Shown here in pieces: positions 11,856 through 24,390 of a stretch of 64,000 nucleotides of DNA. Positions within the stretch are counted from its first letter, which is position 1, and every line of letters begins with the position of its first letter. The notes below the pieces were generated by a model. That model worked only from the letters and a program-made list of their open reading frames with translations, ran no database searches and had not been told where the DNA came from. The stretch spans positions 95,048,001 to 95,112,000 of the forward strand of contig NC_087436.1 in NCBI RefSeq assembly GCF_036321535.1. Direction: 5' to 3'. The position numbers were made by a program, and so were the translations under genes. The DNA is from Camelus dromedarius. Its lineage: Eukaryota.

Positions 11856-14329
11856 AATAAACCCCTCACTCACAAATGGAGTGAAGACAATGAATAGCTC
11901 TGGCCTTCAATTTGTCTTTAGAATGGTAACATTTTGCATAGCACTGCATCAATTATCAAATACTTTCTTATAGAAGTGTCCCTCATTATCCAAACTCTCA
12001 AAATCCAAACACAAGAACTGAATAGAGTCAAGTAAATTTTTGGACTAATCCTTTATTCTCTCAATTCTCACTACTTACTATCTGAAACTCAGGGACCAAA
12101 TACATTTGGATAGGATGATATTCCTTGCCGTTCAAACTCTTGTGATCTACACTCAGGAATGGAAAAAATCTAGACAGTAAAGGATTCTTGATACATTATT
12201 TCATTTGCATCCTTAAAGCAGTTTTTCTACTACCCAGTACCAATGGACTCTCAATATACTCAACCTCTATTGAATAAATTGTGTGCTGTCATCATTCTAG
12301 TCTTACAAATAAGGAAACAGATTCAGAGAGGTTCCTAAACTTACTGGAAACAACCCTGCACATTAGTGGCACAATTCCAGATTTTCTGGCTCCAAATCCC
12401 TTTCCACTATGTACTACGCTTTCCAAGATCTCTTACAGCTACAGAATTCTGGGGTTTCATAGTTAATTAATAGTATCCACAGTATTTATGATAAAAAGAA
12501 AATATCAATGACATATTTACATCCAAGAATAAAGCCATCCTTTAAGGAGTTCTACTTGCCTAACCTAGTCTAATTCAATACCCTGAATACCCTGAAGCAC
12601 AGAACAAGTCTTAGAGATCACCTGGTTCAAAAGGCAATTTGCAGAACAATGAAGAACTATAAAAGAACTCTGGGGAAAAGTAGCCTTTTCCATTGATATA
12701 CAGTCTATTAAATTCTGACCTTTAGATTATCTTCACTTTGGTTCTTAATAAATTGGCTAACCTCAAACTCTTTGCTCCCTAATTCTTATCAAATCTCAGC
12801 TGTAAGAAATATTCACGAAGAATCACCTGAAGAATAGGCAATCCATCCATTTCTATGGGTTCACTGGTTCTCAATTTGTTTCATAGTCAAATAAATTTGG
12901 ACAGGGTCACAAAATATATCCCCCCTTAAGAGAGTAAACTTGAACATTAGCCAAGGAATTGAGTTTAAAAAAAAAAACAAACCTTTGAAATTTGTCTGAC
13001 CCAGCTATCTCAAAGTTATTTTGAGTTTGGAACCTTATTTCAAGAAATAAACTATTGATTTCTCATGCCTTAGAACTCAGTTTGGGAAACAGGGTTCTAG
13101 GTAATCTAAACTTACAAATGGCTCAAGTTAAGCCTTCAGAGAACTTATCTTTAGAGTCTTACTATTGCTCTATACTGAAGAACACTGTTATCCAAAAGTC
13201 ACCATTTTCTGTAAGGGTATTTTAAAGGTGGTGTTGTCAACTGCAACACAACAGTCTCCCTTTTTATTAGGGCCCATGAGAAAAATGTTCCTCTTGGGCC
13301 TCATTACTAAAAAATGCCCTGCTTAGGCAGAAGAACTGGTTTGTTTTTCTCTTCTTGGAATTAGAAATACACTGAAACTTACTTTACAACCCCCCCACCC
13401 CCACCCGCTAGAGAAGCCCAGAGCCAAAACTATGACTCATCTCAAGTAGGGGATCTTACAGTACACACTTGTTAATATCTTACCCTTGACTTTGTAGTCT
13501 TTTTTTTCTCCCTGCTCTGCCTCAATTTTCTCATTTAGTTTTGTTTTACCCTATAGTAGTACGTGGACACTAAATTGCTTCCAGTCATTTTTGGAACTAT
13601 CTATTGTATATACTGTCCTATTTTCTTACAATATCATATTGATTTCTCCCTACCCGTCCTATTACCCCCCAAATCAGTGTCACCTTTGTGTAAAAAAGTA
13701 TTCACGTATTTATGACAAGCCAATAAAACATACACATTCACAATAAAATCAAATTCGAAATGCTTAAAACCAGAAAAAAAATCATTATGAGTTCTTCAGC
13801 GGTCTAACAACCAAAAAGACTTATTAAACTGTTTCTCAAAGGAATGAGAATTACCATTTATTGGGTACCAGTAACTGCTAGCACTTAATACACAGCAGTT
13901 TCATTTTTAAAAAGAAGCAAGGACATTGGCATAATCTCTGGAAAGATGCACAAGAAACTGGTAATACTGGCGGGTGGGGAGACTGTGATCTCTTGAACTT
14001 TTTGAATTTTGTCAATGTACCAATAATTCAAAAATATTTTTTTAAAAAAGGAACTATAATAAAGACAGCAGAAATGCTTTTCTTTTGGACACAGCAAACT
14101 TTCTTTGTCAGCTTTTGATCCCAGATAATGCAATGAAATACCTAAATGAAAAAGTTTCAACCAGACACGCCGGTTTTACTGAAATAAAGTCCCTTTCTGA
14201 TTCTCCACACTCCGGGGGTGAGGCAATTACTTAAAAATTTAAGATTATGATAGCCTGCGGGTAACAATGAAAAAAAAAATCCGGTATGTTTTCCAGTTTG
14301 CTTTATTGGTAGAATACAAGGAAGAAGCA

Positions 14330-15250
14330 CTGATTCTGGACAGCAGCCCACGATCTCGGCCGGCCGGCCACAAACGCCGCGTCCAGAACTTTGCACAACT
14401 CAAGGGCGGCCCAGACTCCGCTCCGGGCTCTCGGCTGCGTGGCGGGAGGCCGGACCGGGGTTCGAGCCCCAGGCGCGGTTCGGGGAGGTCCCCGCCTGGC
14501 CCACCCCTCCGGGCCCCCAGAGGGACTCGGGCGACAGCGGTCCGGCGGGAGGGTCGCGTGGGGGCGGGGAGCGGACCGCGACGCGCGGCTACCCGCCGCG
14601 GCCCCCTCCCCGACGCCGAGGAGGAAGTCGCACTTACCGCGTCGGGCTCCGAAGGCGGCCGGGGGTCACGGCGGGGCGGGGCGGCCAGGCGGGAGGCGGA
14701 GGGAAGGCGGGGGGTGGGGGCCGGCGGGCCGAGGAGAGGGATGCTCGGCCCCTCGGGTGCCCCCAGCCCCTTCCGGGCAGCCTCACCCCCGGCGCCGGCT
14801 GGCCCGGAGCGGGCCACTCCCCCTCCGTCAGGCTGCACCAGGCCTGGGGGAAGAAACTCGTCGCGCAGCCCCGAAGGGGGCGGGCGGCCGGGTGGGGGTC
14901 GGGCACTGGCTGGCCCGTCAGTCCCGGCGCGGCGCTAGCGGCTGCCCGCCCCGCCCTTCCCGCCAGGCCCCGCCCCCTCCTCGCCCGCCCGCCTGCCCCG
15001 GGAGACGGCCTCTGTTGCCCGCTTGGGGGTTTCTCTCCCCTCCAGAGGGGGGCGCCGATGGCCTGGGCCGGGGAGGGAAAGGAGACGGGGGAGGGGCGGG
15101 AGGAGAGGGGAGGGGAAGGCGCGGGCTGCGGGGAGGGGAGCTCGTGGGGGAGGGGGACGTCAGGCTGGGCCGGGCCCTGGGGGGAGGGGAAGGGGCGCGG
15201 AGGACCTGACAAAGATTCCAGTTGTTCCCGGCCCCTGGGGGTGGAAGTTT
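14330..15250. promoter_or_regulatory. KLHL5: CpG-island promoter (KLHL5 by synteny)
   Basis: Very high GC and CpG density, multiple GGGGCGGGG Sp/KLF boxes; about 12 kb upstream of and divergent from TMEM156, as recalled for KLHL5 in mammals. Confidence 0.85.
14638..14700 (-). other. KLHL5: Probable non-coding first exon of KLHL5; 5' end approximate
   Basis: Consensus donor GCG|GTAAGT on - strand (GT at 14637-14636) inside the CpG island; gene identity from synteny only, no KLHL5 coding sequence recognised in the window. Confidence 0.6.
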
Positions 15251-16699
15251 AGGAAGAGGTCCCTCTGCAGGGCTGGAAGACGATCAGAGAACGGCCTGTG
15301 TTTTTTGATTCCTTGCAGAATAGGGCTGTTTTGTCCTAGAGCTTTGAGGGAACTCAGCAAGAGTTGCCTCTCTTTTCCAGCCTCTGCAACCCTTCCCCTA
15401 GCAACTATCTGATAATTACTGTGCTCCAGGTAGTGGATTTGTGGATATTGTGCCATAGCAATTATGATCTTCAACTTTGTGGCCATAAGCATTGTTTTCC
15501 AATGGTGGGATGATAGGAATTCCACAAAAGTTGGTTCCTTAGTCTTCTCTAGCCAGTGTATATTTTATTGAAAGTAACTAGTTTATTCAGCGCCTAGATG
15601 CCAAACACAAATCTAAAACGCTTTACGTATGATGACTCAATCTTAAGCCAAACAGCTAAGGTCCCTGCCCCCATTGAGCTCATGGTGGATAAAGGGAAGG
15701 TGTTTCCTTGGTTTGTCTCAAGTGATGTGTAAAGGCAATGTCCAACTGCTTTTGTTCGCAGAGTAATGCATATGTTCATTATTTGCAGATTAAATGTTTA
15801 CTACTCTGAGCCATCTCTATCCAGTATGGGAGGGTTGAATGTGGTTAGTCCTCCCAAAATGACATTTGATCAGGAGATCTTCAATATGTGTCCATAATGA
15901 AAACTGCAAGCAAATGGTTCAAAAGACTGATGAGTTAAGTTACTAGTGGAATAACGTAGCCAAATTGTGGCAACAAACTCAGGTGGCTGGGAGATCTATT
16001 TAGGGATCTATTTTCAACATTCCCACTTGGGGAAGTGGTTAGAAAAAGCAACATAATATAAAACAATGAAGCACTGACATGGACTGCTAGTTGAAAGGGC
16101 TGATTTAAAACTGTTACAATCAGGAAGAGATACTTCACAAAATCTACCACTGAGGGCTCCAACCACAAAGCACAGGAAACATTTTTTTTATCAGAGCCAC
16201 CTGGAAGAGACTCCCCGTTCCCTCTTGGCAATCACACCTACATGCACAGATAAAAATTACTTCAGTAACATTGTCTTCAAGTACAAAAGACAGCTGTGTA
16301 TACCCATAGCCTGAATTTTTGGAATTTGATACTATTTTTTAGCCCTCATTTGATTTCTCAATGTTAACATTTGTGCACATTAACAGCAAATGACATTCTT
16401 CTCATACTCCTGTTTTTCCTCTCATATTTATTGTTCCGTTTTGGAAACTTAATTCAGTTTTTTTCTTTTGCATTTACAGTGAGAAAGGCTAGAAAAGCAT
16501 TACAATCAAATCAGATTACATTTGCAGTAAAAACAAACAATGAATCCTAATTTAAGAACTAGGAATTCCCATATACCCTCTTCTCTTTTTTTCATGCTAA
16601 TTATATTATTTGTTCAGTCCTGAAATCTATTTTGTTTGATTTACTACTCTGTATTTTCAGTTCATTTGCTCCACCACCCTGGTGAAGGCAAATCAAATC

Positions 16700-17119
16700 A
16701 AACATCCTTCATGATCTGACATCCTGATGCTGGCCTCAGTTCAGACCACGCTTGCCGTGCCCCACAGCAGACTCCTTCCTCTTCTGCCAACACACCAAGC
16801 ACTTGCCAGTGAAGCTTCTGCATGTCTCTGTCTTATGAAGGCTCTTAGCCGTTCACCGTCTCCCTTTTCCTTCCTGTTGCCTTTCCCAACTATGCTATGG
16901 AAACCTGCAAACTGCCACTCCCACTCCCACACCATCTGCTCATTTCTCAGTACTTACCACCACTTGACAATATATCTGTTTCTCTACTCCCACTAGAATG
17001 TCAGCTCCTTGAGAGCAGAACCTTGTCCATTTAGTTCACTGCTGTATTTCCAGTGTCTCTTACGTACTGTGTCTGTCAGATAGTAGATACTCAGCAAATA
17101 TTTTTTGAATGAATGAATG
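16700..17119 (+). mobile_element. L2a 3' portion
   Basis: CCCACTAGAATGTCAGCTCCTTGAGAGCAG...CTCAGCAAATATTTTTTGAATGAATGAATGA. Confidence 0.85.
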
Positions 17120-17123
17120 ACTT

Positions 17124-17779
17124 TGAGACAGGAAGGGGGCAGAGTACGGCCATTCAAGGAATGACACAGAAGTTAACACCAAAATGGTGGAAGATTCAAC
17201 TCCCAGTAGGCCTTGAGGCTCAAGATGGTGGGAGATTTGAATTCTTGTAGACCTTGAGCTTCACTATATGCTCATTGTAATATATTAGTATCATAAGTGA
17301 CACTCCTACAGGTGTCATGACAGTTCCAAGGCTAACCATAAAAGGTCAAAAACTGGGCAGTAGCCCAATTCCTGGGAATCCCAGCCCCTTCCCCAAAGAG
17401 TTGGAATAATCCTCCCACTTGTTAGCATGTGAAGCTACTGAGCCATAAAAACTAACAACCCCCACAGCTCGTGGCCGCTCTCCCTTCTGAGTAAGATGGC
17501 CTGCACTCTGTCTATGGAGTTATAGCTACTTTTACTTTAAACTGAGCACCCAGTGCCCACACCTTGTGACCCTTCTCTTGCCTTCTGAAACAGCCTGCTC
17601 TCTGTCTATGCAATGTCTATCTCTCCAAATAAATCTACCTTTACTCAACTGTGGCTCACTCTTGAATTCTTTCCTGCGCAAAGCCAAGGACCCACACTTG
17701 GCAGGGCACATCCCAGGGACTCAGCCAAGACCTGGAACACGGCCCTCCTCTCGACCCACATTCATTTTTTTGTGTATCA
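17124..17779 (+). mobile_element. ERV1 solo LTR, MER41-like
   Basis: TG...CA termini, perfect 4-bp TSD ACTT (17120-17123 / 17780-17783), CATAAAA TATA-like box, AATAAA at 17628-17633, motifs resembling the MER41 family. Confidence 0.85.
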
Positions 17780-18749
17780 ACTTCACCTAGGAAAGATAGC
17801 TTGTATTCCTTTGTAATGGCCAAAGGGCTTTCATGAAGTTTATTTTATAACTGAATCATATGACTTACACGTATTAATAAGGTCTAAAATACAGCCTGGT
17901 TTTACCCAGTTTAAAATTAGAATTTGAAAATGGCAGCTTTTAATCTCTTATTCTGGCAATATACTAAGAAACAGAAATTGAAGAAGCATTCATAGTTAAG
18001 AATTTATGGTGACATCTAACAACTTGGCCAATAAATGGATCCACAGAATCAGAGAGTAATGATAGATAAGAAAATGTTGTCAAAGTTTTAATATTTTACC
18101 CTGAGATGAAACGATGTAGCGGTAATCAGAAATGGAATAATGGAACATAAAATGTGATTGCTCTACTGATAACTTGATAGATGGTGCTAATACAGTGTCC
18201 TTTGTGAGTGTTCAAATGACTTTAGTTGATAATAATCACGATAGTAAGGTTAACAATGAATGTTTTAATCTGGTTAAAGAGTAGTACTGATAGGTAGCAA
18301 ATGAAGCTTAATCCTAGTATGCCCTTAGTAGAGAAATGGTTTGACTTTTCATTTTCTGCTCTGACTACCAATTGTGTGGGTGGGGAGAATTAAAGGCTTC
18401 AATATCATTATATACAGTATCTGTGTTCAAAATCTAGATCCCAGGAATGGTATCTTTTTTAGAGGCTTTAGGATTACTTTTAATAGTATTTCTCATTATA
18501 AACCCAAAAACCAAACCGAAAAAAAAAAAACCCCCCAAAAAAAACAAACCAAAAAAACGAAAAAACCAGGGACCCCCCTCCCCACAACCTGCCCCTGCCT
18601 TACACAGTGTGCGGGATGTGGGGGAAGGAATGTGTGTTGTCTTATATATTTCCATCCACTCATTCATAAGTAGGCCTCCTATAATCAGGCCACACTCTGA
18701 TGGGGAAAAAATGGTATTTGTAAAACAAATTTAAACACCTCCTGCCAGT

Positions 18750-19245
18750 CTCTGTAACCTTTCTAAAACAGGAACCTAATTCTGTTCATCCCCCAGGATC
18801 CTGCTTAAGAAGTTTTAGTGACTCTGTTGCCTTCAAGGTCAAGTTCCAACATCTTAGTGTGGTGGTAAGATCCTTTATAATCTCACCCCTCTCTACCTCA
18901 CCACGTCTGTGACCATTCTGAATGATTTGCAGTGTCCAGATGTATCATTTCTTCTATAATTATATTTTTAAATACATTTCCTTCATCTGGAATGCCCTGC
19001 CTTTCTAATCTCTGCTTGCACGAGTCCTTAAGATTCAACTCAAGGGTCACCTCCTCTGGCAGTCTTTTTCCTGAATCTTCCAGGCTGAGCATGTTCTCCT
19101 CTGTGCTCCCATAATACCCTGCAGGCTCCTCTAAGAAGCAGGTACTTGATGGGATATGAACACTGATTTACTGTCTGTCTCCCTGACTGACTGAGGGCTC
19201 TATGATGGCAGGTACTCATAAATATTTGTTGAATGAATGAATGAA
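18750..19245 (+). mobile_element. L2 3' portion
   Basis: GTCACCTCCTCT...; GGTACTCATAAATATTTGTTGAATGAATGAATG terminus. Confidence 0.8.
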
Positions 19246-20221
19246 AAAAAAAAAAAAAAACCCTTTGCCTCTAAAGCCTTAAGAAATGGCAACTTACTAG
19301 ATTGTGAGCATTTCCTTTCCTTAGCATTATAACATGCATGGATGGAACCTTTCCTCTAATTCATAGTGTTAGACTACAAAACTTTAGAAGGCCTTTAATT
19401 TAGGATTCTATAAACACGTAAGGCAAGGCAATAAACACAAAGTACTTGCATTTATTTTCATGCATTAAAGAGACTCTTCCAGCACCTCAATATGCTTGTT
19501 TTGCCTTTTAAAATGACAGTTGCATAATTACTAATGTTGATTTCTTATGAGTTAGTTAAACAATATTCTAGGATGTATTTTCATATTTAATATGTTGCTT
19601 CTGGATTCACTGCCTAACAGGCAGGAACCACTTCTTTGGCTTCCATCTCAATGGTCTCAGAGAACAAGTTTATCACCACTATGTAGGGTTAAGAATTCAG
19701 GTTTGTCACTGTGCTATAGAATATTCATTCAGCAATACTTACCAGATATGATGAAGAGGCCTTCGCATGGAAGACCCTGTGCTGCTTGTTACGGGGGAGA
19801 GAATAACAAAGATGATTCAGACAGACATGCAAACTCGAAAGTTCTTATCAGTCATCATGCTTCATCTTCCTCCTCCATTTTGCTTATCTTTTTTAAAAGC
19901 ACGCATCCCTCTGTGTTCACACTTGCATTCTATATTCAGTGACTATACTTAGCACAGAATTCTTGAGGAAAGATTCTGGCTGAGAAACAAGCAGCTGACC
20001 TGAGATACAAAAACAGTGGGTGAATCGAAGGTGGCACGCACCGTACACATTAGCGCCAATGGTCTCAGCAGCATGAAGACGGAAGAAAACAAACATTTCA
20101 CTCGCCTCCCCTCCATCCCCAAGAAAATAAAGAAATAGTACTACTTATAGATTCCATATATCAAGGGACAGAAAAGCACAACCAAAACATTGTTCATTCA
20201 ATTTAAAACCTAAAAAATAAA

Positions 20222-20260
20222 ACACACACACACACACACACATACACACATGCACACACA
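20222..20260 (+). repeat. (CA)n microsatellite, imperfect
   Basis: Seen directly. Confidence 0.95.
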
Positions 20261-21479
20261 AAACCATTCCTTAGGATGCTAGAGTATAAGCACCTTTGAC
20301 TCTTCAGGAAATAGAATAAAATCAATTGCTCAGTGTCTGAAAGTATTGGATGCAGTAGGTCCAGTCTTCAGATAAAAAGAATTGGCTGCAACAATAGGGC
20401 ATTTCAATGTCAAATTGTGAGTACACTTCATCCTCCTCCCCTCCATTACCAAGAAAATCAAGAAATAGTATTACTGAAATTTAGAAGAGCCTTCTTGTTG
20501 CAGCCGGTTCTTTTTACCTGAGACTAGACCTATTGGACCTAAAACTATCAGACACTCAACTACTATTGATTTCACTCTGTTTCCTAAAGGGTCAAAGGTG
20601 ATCTATTCTAGCGTCACGAAGAATGTTTCGATTGTGCTTTTCTATCTCTTTATACATGTAACTAACACAATAATACATTTCAAGGTCAAATTAATTTCCA
20701 GAAACTTTGTTCCCAGCGGCTGAGCTACAGCAATGGTCCTAGGAATCCATTCCAGGAAGACTTTCCCTCTTGCTTCCCCTCTCTGAGTGTGCCGTTGGGG
20801 CGGACCAGCCTGCCTCATATTCCTTTTAAGGAAAGTGACCGCAGCAGGTTCCTTCCTGCACAGGCTGCTATCTCAGCGCAGCAGGTTTTGTTAGTGGAAA
20901 CAAACCCTGCTTTTCCTGCCACAGGTGGTGGTGTGGGGACAGTGGGGGCCAAGCAGCCATATATGGGCTGGGCACGTGAGGGCGTGACACTTCTGAGGAG
21001 GCCTGTGGGTGAGACCTCAGGTGAACTCTGCCCAGTCTCGAGCGTTCTAAACACGGTGGTGGCAGATTAAACCAGATCTTCCCCGAGAAAGGAGGTGAAC
21101 AGAGAGCAGGCTGCTCAGTGAACCGCAGCCTGTGGTCTGAGCGGTGCTGAGCACATTTTCTGGTTCTGGGGCCGGCTGTACTCCCCAGGTTGGCCCAGCT
21201 GAACTGGCTGCTGAGGGTGACCTCCCATGTGCCCACGTGCTCTGAGGTTTTTTGCAACAATGTCACCACAGCCCCTGAAGGTCGCAGGGTAAGCAGGGGC
21301 AAGGCTGTGGTCTCCTGCCGGCCTGACCTGAGGCTCTCTCTGAATTGCTCTGCAATGCGAGTTCTAGCACACAGTCCAGCCTCAGACACAACACCCACGC
21401 CCCTTTCTCAACAGCCTCCATTCGTAAAACAGTAAAAAGCCTGTGTGGAGAAAGATGGGTGAGAGAGAGAGAGAGAGAA

Positions 21480-21750
21480 TTATGTGTATTGAGTTACAAC
21501 TTACATAAAGTAAAACCTACCCTTTTAGGTATACAGTTCTAGAGTTTTTGCATACAGTTGTGTAATCACCACCATCAAGAGATAACTAAGACTTAGAACA
21601 TTTCCATCACCCTAAAAACTCCCTCGTGTGCCTTTGTTGTCAACCCCTCCCTCCATCTCCAGCCTCTGGCAACCACTGGCCTGTTTTCTGTCCCTGCACT
21701 TTTGCTTTTCCTTAGTGCCGTATAAAAGAAATCATATAAAGCCTTCTTTA
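21480..21750 (-). mobile_element. Old L1M 3'UTR fragment
   Basis: AGAACATTTCCATCACCCTAAAAACTCCCTCGTG...CTCTGGCAACCACTG. Confidence 0.75.
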
Positions 21751-22325
21751 GCACCCTTACTTAAACCAACATGTGTCTTGCTCGACTCTCTGTTAGCATA
21801 TCATACTCTGCCTTGGTTTTTTTTCCAGAACACTTAACATTATCTGAAAATAAACTATTGTCATTATTTTCTTGACTGCTGTCTCTGGAATGTGCATCCC
21901 ACAAGAATGAGTGCAAGGACTTTGTTTCATGTACCACTTCACCTCCAGGGTTCGGGATACTGCCTGACTCCGTGCAGGTGTTCAGTAAGTATATTGAATG
22001 AACTGCAAAATGAATGAGGACTTTGGAGCTTCCCCAGACCCCCTTTATACTTAGGCAGACCTCATTAATAGAAGCTTATTTCCCCCAACAAAATGTGTTA
22101 ATCCAAGCATTGGTGTGTTGCCAAAGTAGATGGCTTATCCACAGGTAATACAATCAGACTTAATTAGGCTGATCCAGATTATGAATTGTGTTTCACATTC
22201 ACTTGCTGGATGTTAGATTACCTAGAATAGAACTGGTCTGAAGTCAGTAAAATGGAAATAATAGTAACTATTTCATAGGGTTGTTGTGAGGATTAAATGA
22301 CTTAATGTAAGTGAAGTGTTTAGCA

Positions 22326-22538
22326 CAGTAGTTCTCACCCGGGAGCTGTTTTGCCCACCCCAGAGACATCTGGGATTGTCTGGAGACATTTTTTGTTGTT
22401 GTTATCAAAACGGGGTGGGGAGGGTTGCTACAGGCATCTGCTGTTAAACGTCCTACAGCACACAGGACAGCCCCTCCACTCCCTGACAAAGAATTATCCA
22501 GCCCAAATTGTCGGTAGTGCCACCCATGAGAAACCCTG
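22326..22538 (+). mobile_element. MER20 (hAT-Charlie MITE) nested in a MIR (~22245-22590)
   Basis: CAGTAGTTCTCA...GAGAAACCCTG terminal inverted repeats, internal GGAGACATTTTT and AAAGAATTATCCAGCCCAAA; MIR sequence resumes on both sides. Confidence 0.85.
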
Positions 22539-22866
22539 GACTAGAGAAGTGTCTGGCACACAGAAAGGGCTATGTTTGTGTTTGCTACTATTATTATTTT
22601 ATAAGTGACCCTTCCTGACAGACAAGTGTTCTCATGCAGTCTGAAACTAGGGGTATAGCACAATGGTTGAGAGCATTAAGTCTGCAGTCAGACTGTGAGT
22701 TTGAAGCTTAGCTTTACTGTTTACTCACGATGTGAATTTAAGCACATTACTTGGCTTCTCTATAGCTCATACTCTTTGCCTATAAAAATGGAATAACAAT
22801 AGAAACTCCCTCAGAAAGTTGCTGGGGGATTGAATAAAATAATCCACATAAAACGTTCAATAACTT

Positions 22867-23218
22867 TGTAAAAAATGAATAAACAGAAACCTCAATCAAA
22901 TAGAGTTGGGAGGCTGGAAGGGGGAGTTCTCACACCCTACAACAAGAGCAAAGCCCAACAGGGAGAAGAAAGACCCTGTTCTGGGCTGGGCAGGCGCTCA
23001 GCCAATGAGAGGCTGCTACAACCCAGCCAATGAAAAGCCATGGACTCTTTGTTTACTACAGCCGTTTCACCTTTCCTTCTTGCCTCTATACAAGAGACCT
23101 GCATGTGGCTCGCCATGGTGGCAGACTCTGAATTGCAATTCTTTGCTGATCCTGAATACATTCTTTTTTTTTTTTTTCCTGGAGAAATAATTGGCAATCT
23201 AATTGTTTTAGGTCAACA
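22867..23218 (+). mobile_element. ERV1 solo LTR (MER34-like) nested in a MIR (~22650-23270)
   Basis: TG...GGTCAACA termini, two CAGCCAATG boxes, CTATA; TSD not intact. Confidence 0.65.
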
Positions 23219-23809
23219 ATGTACAGTAGCAGATAGTAAACGTTCAATAAATGTCATTGATCATTGCTACTGTTTTTGTTCACCTTGAAAGATTTTTCCA
23301 CAGAACATAGTGAGGGGGTTGGGGGTAGTTTCAGCAAGGGAAAAAATAGAAAAAATATTGCTCATATAAAGTATTACAACAAGTGTATATTTCACATAAG
23401 AGATAACCACATAGACATTAAACCCAAACCATCATTTTTAAGGTTACTTATTATTATTTTTAAAAAGTATGTTGCACTTACTTTCCTGGTAGAGCAGCTC
23501 CTTGAAATAAGGGGTTTTCTCATTAAAAAAAGTATCTAGCACACAATGTACAGTTATTTAATTAAGATTATCAGTTGATCATAAGTGTAGATACATTAAA
23601 GCATTTTGAGAACCTGAGTATCAAAAATGAACTATAAGACTTAGGAAAGTTAAACACTAGTGTGGTATCAACTATCTCTTCTGTTTTACATGTATTAATG
23701 TCTTATTCCTTCATTGAGGTAGGAGGGAGAAGCCCACAGTGGATGAGTAATTGAAGGATTGTAGTCATGCTCCTTTAATAGTCTGATGTTTGTGAAGATG
23801 CTTTGGAAA

Positions 23810-24390
23810 TTGTCACAAACTAGTTGAGGGAGAAAAAATCATCCACAGAAGGGAAACGAACAGTCTGGGAAAAGTGTTTGCAATATACATGGCAAAGGAT
23901 CCATGTTCCCACTAGAGAAAAGAGGCCTGTAAAGCAGTAACAAGGATATGAGTGCTCCAGTGAAAGACACGAAGAGGCATTTCACAAGAGAAGAAATTCA
24001 AATTGCCAGCAAATATCAAAAATGTTCTGATTTACTGGCAATCAAAGAAATGCATATTGAGTTTTTTTTTTTTTTCCTTTCAAACTGACAAAGGTTAAAA
24101 GAACAAAAGGCCAGTGTCAAAGTTTGGTGCTACATGGACATGCTCATTTACCATTGGTAGAGTGTACGTTGACACAGCTTTTCTGGGAGACAGCTGTTGA
24201 ATTAAGAACTTCAAAAATCTTTATGCTATTGGTCTTCATAATCCTACCCTATAATCAGACTTGCACACATTTATACATGTGACTATTCACACTGTAATGC
24301 TATATCAAAAAAATTTTAAAGACACAATTGGAGTACAGTTAAATAAATTTTGATCTGTGGGCTATTAAAAATCAAATAAAGTCCTTAGAA
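23810..24390 (+). mobile_element. Old L1M ORF2 end / 3'UTR fragment
   Basis: TTTGCAATATACAT..., AATCAAAGAAATGCA..., CCATTGGTAGAGTGTA motifs. Confidence 0.7.

Noticed and set aside
15035..15058. CTCF-like CCAGAGGGGGGCGC
   Set aside because: Spacing does not fit the core consensus well, and such matches are frequent in GC-rich DNA
14245..15525. Long overlapping ORFs (up to 272 aa) on both strands
   Set aside because: Low-complexity G/P/R/A peptides expected from a stop-poor CpG island; no BTB/Kelch or other recognisable sequence
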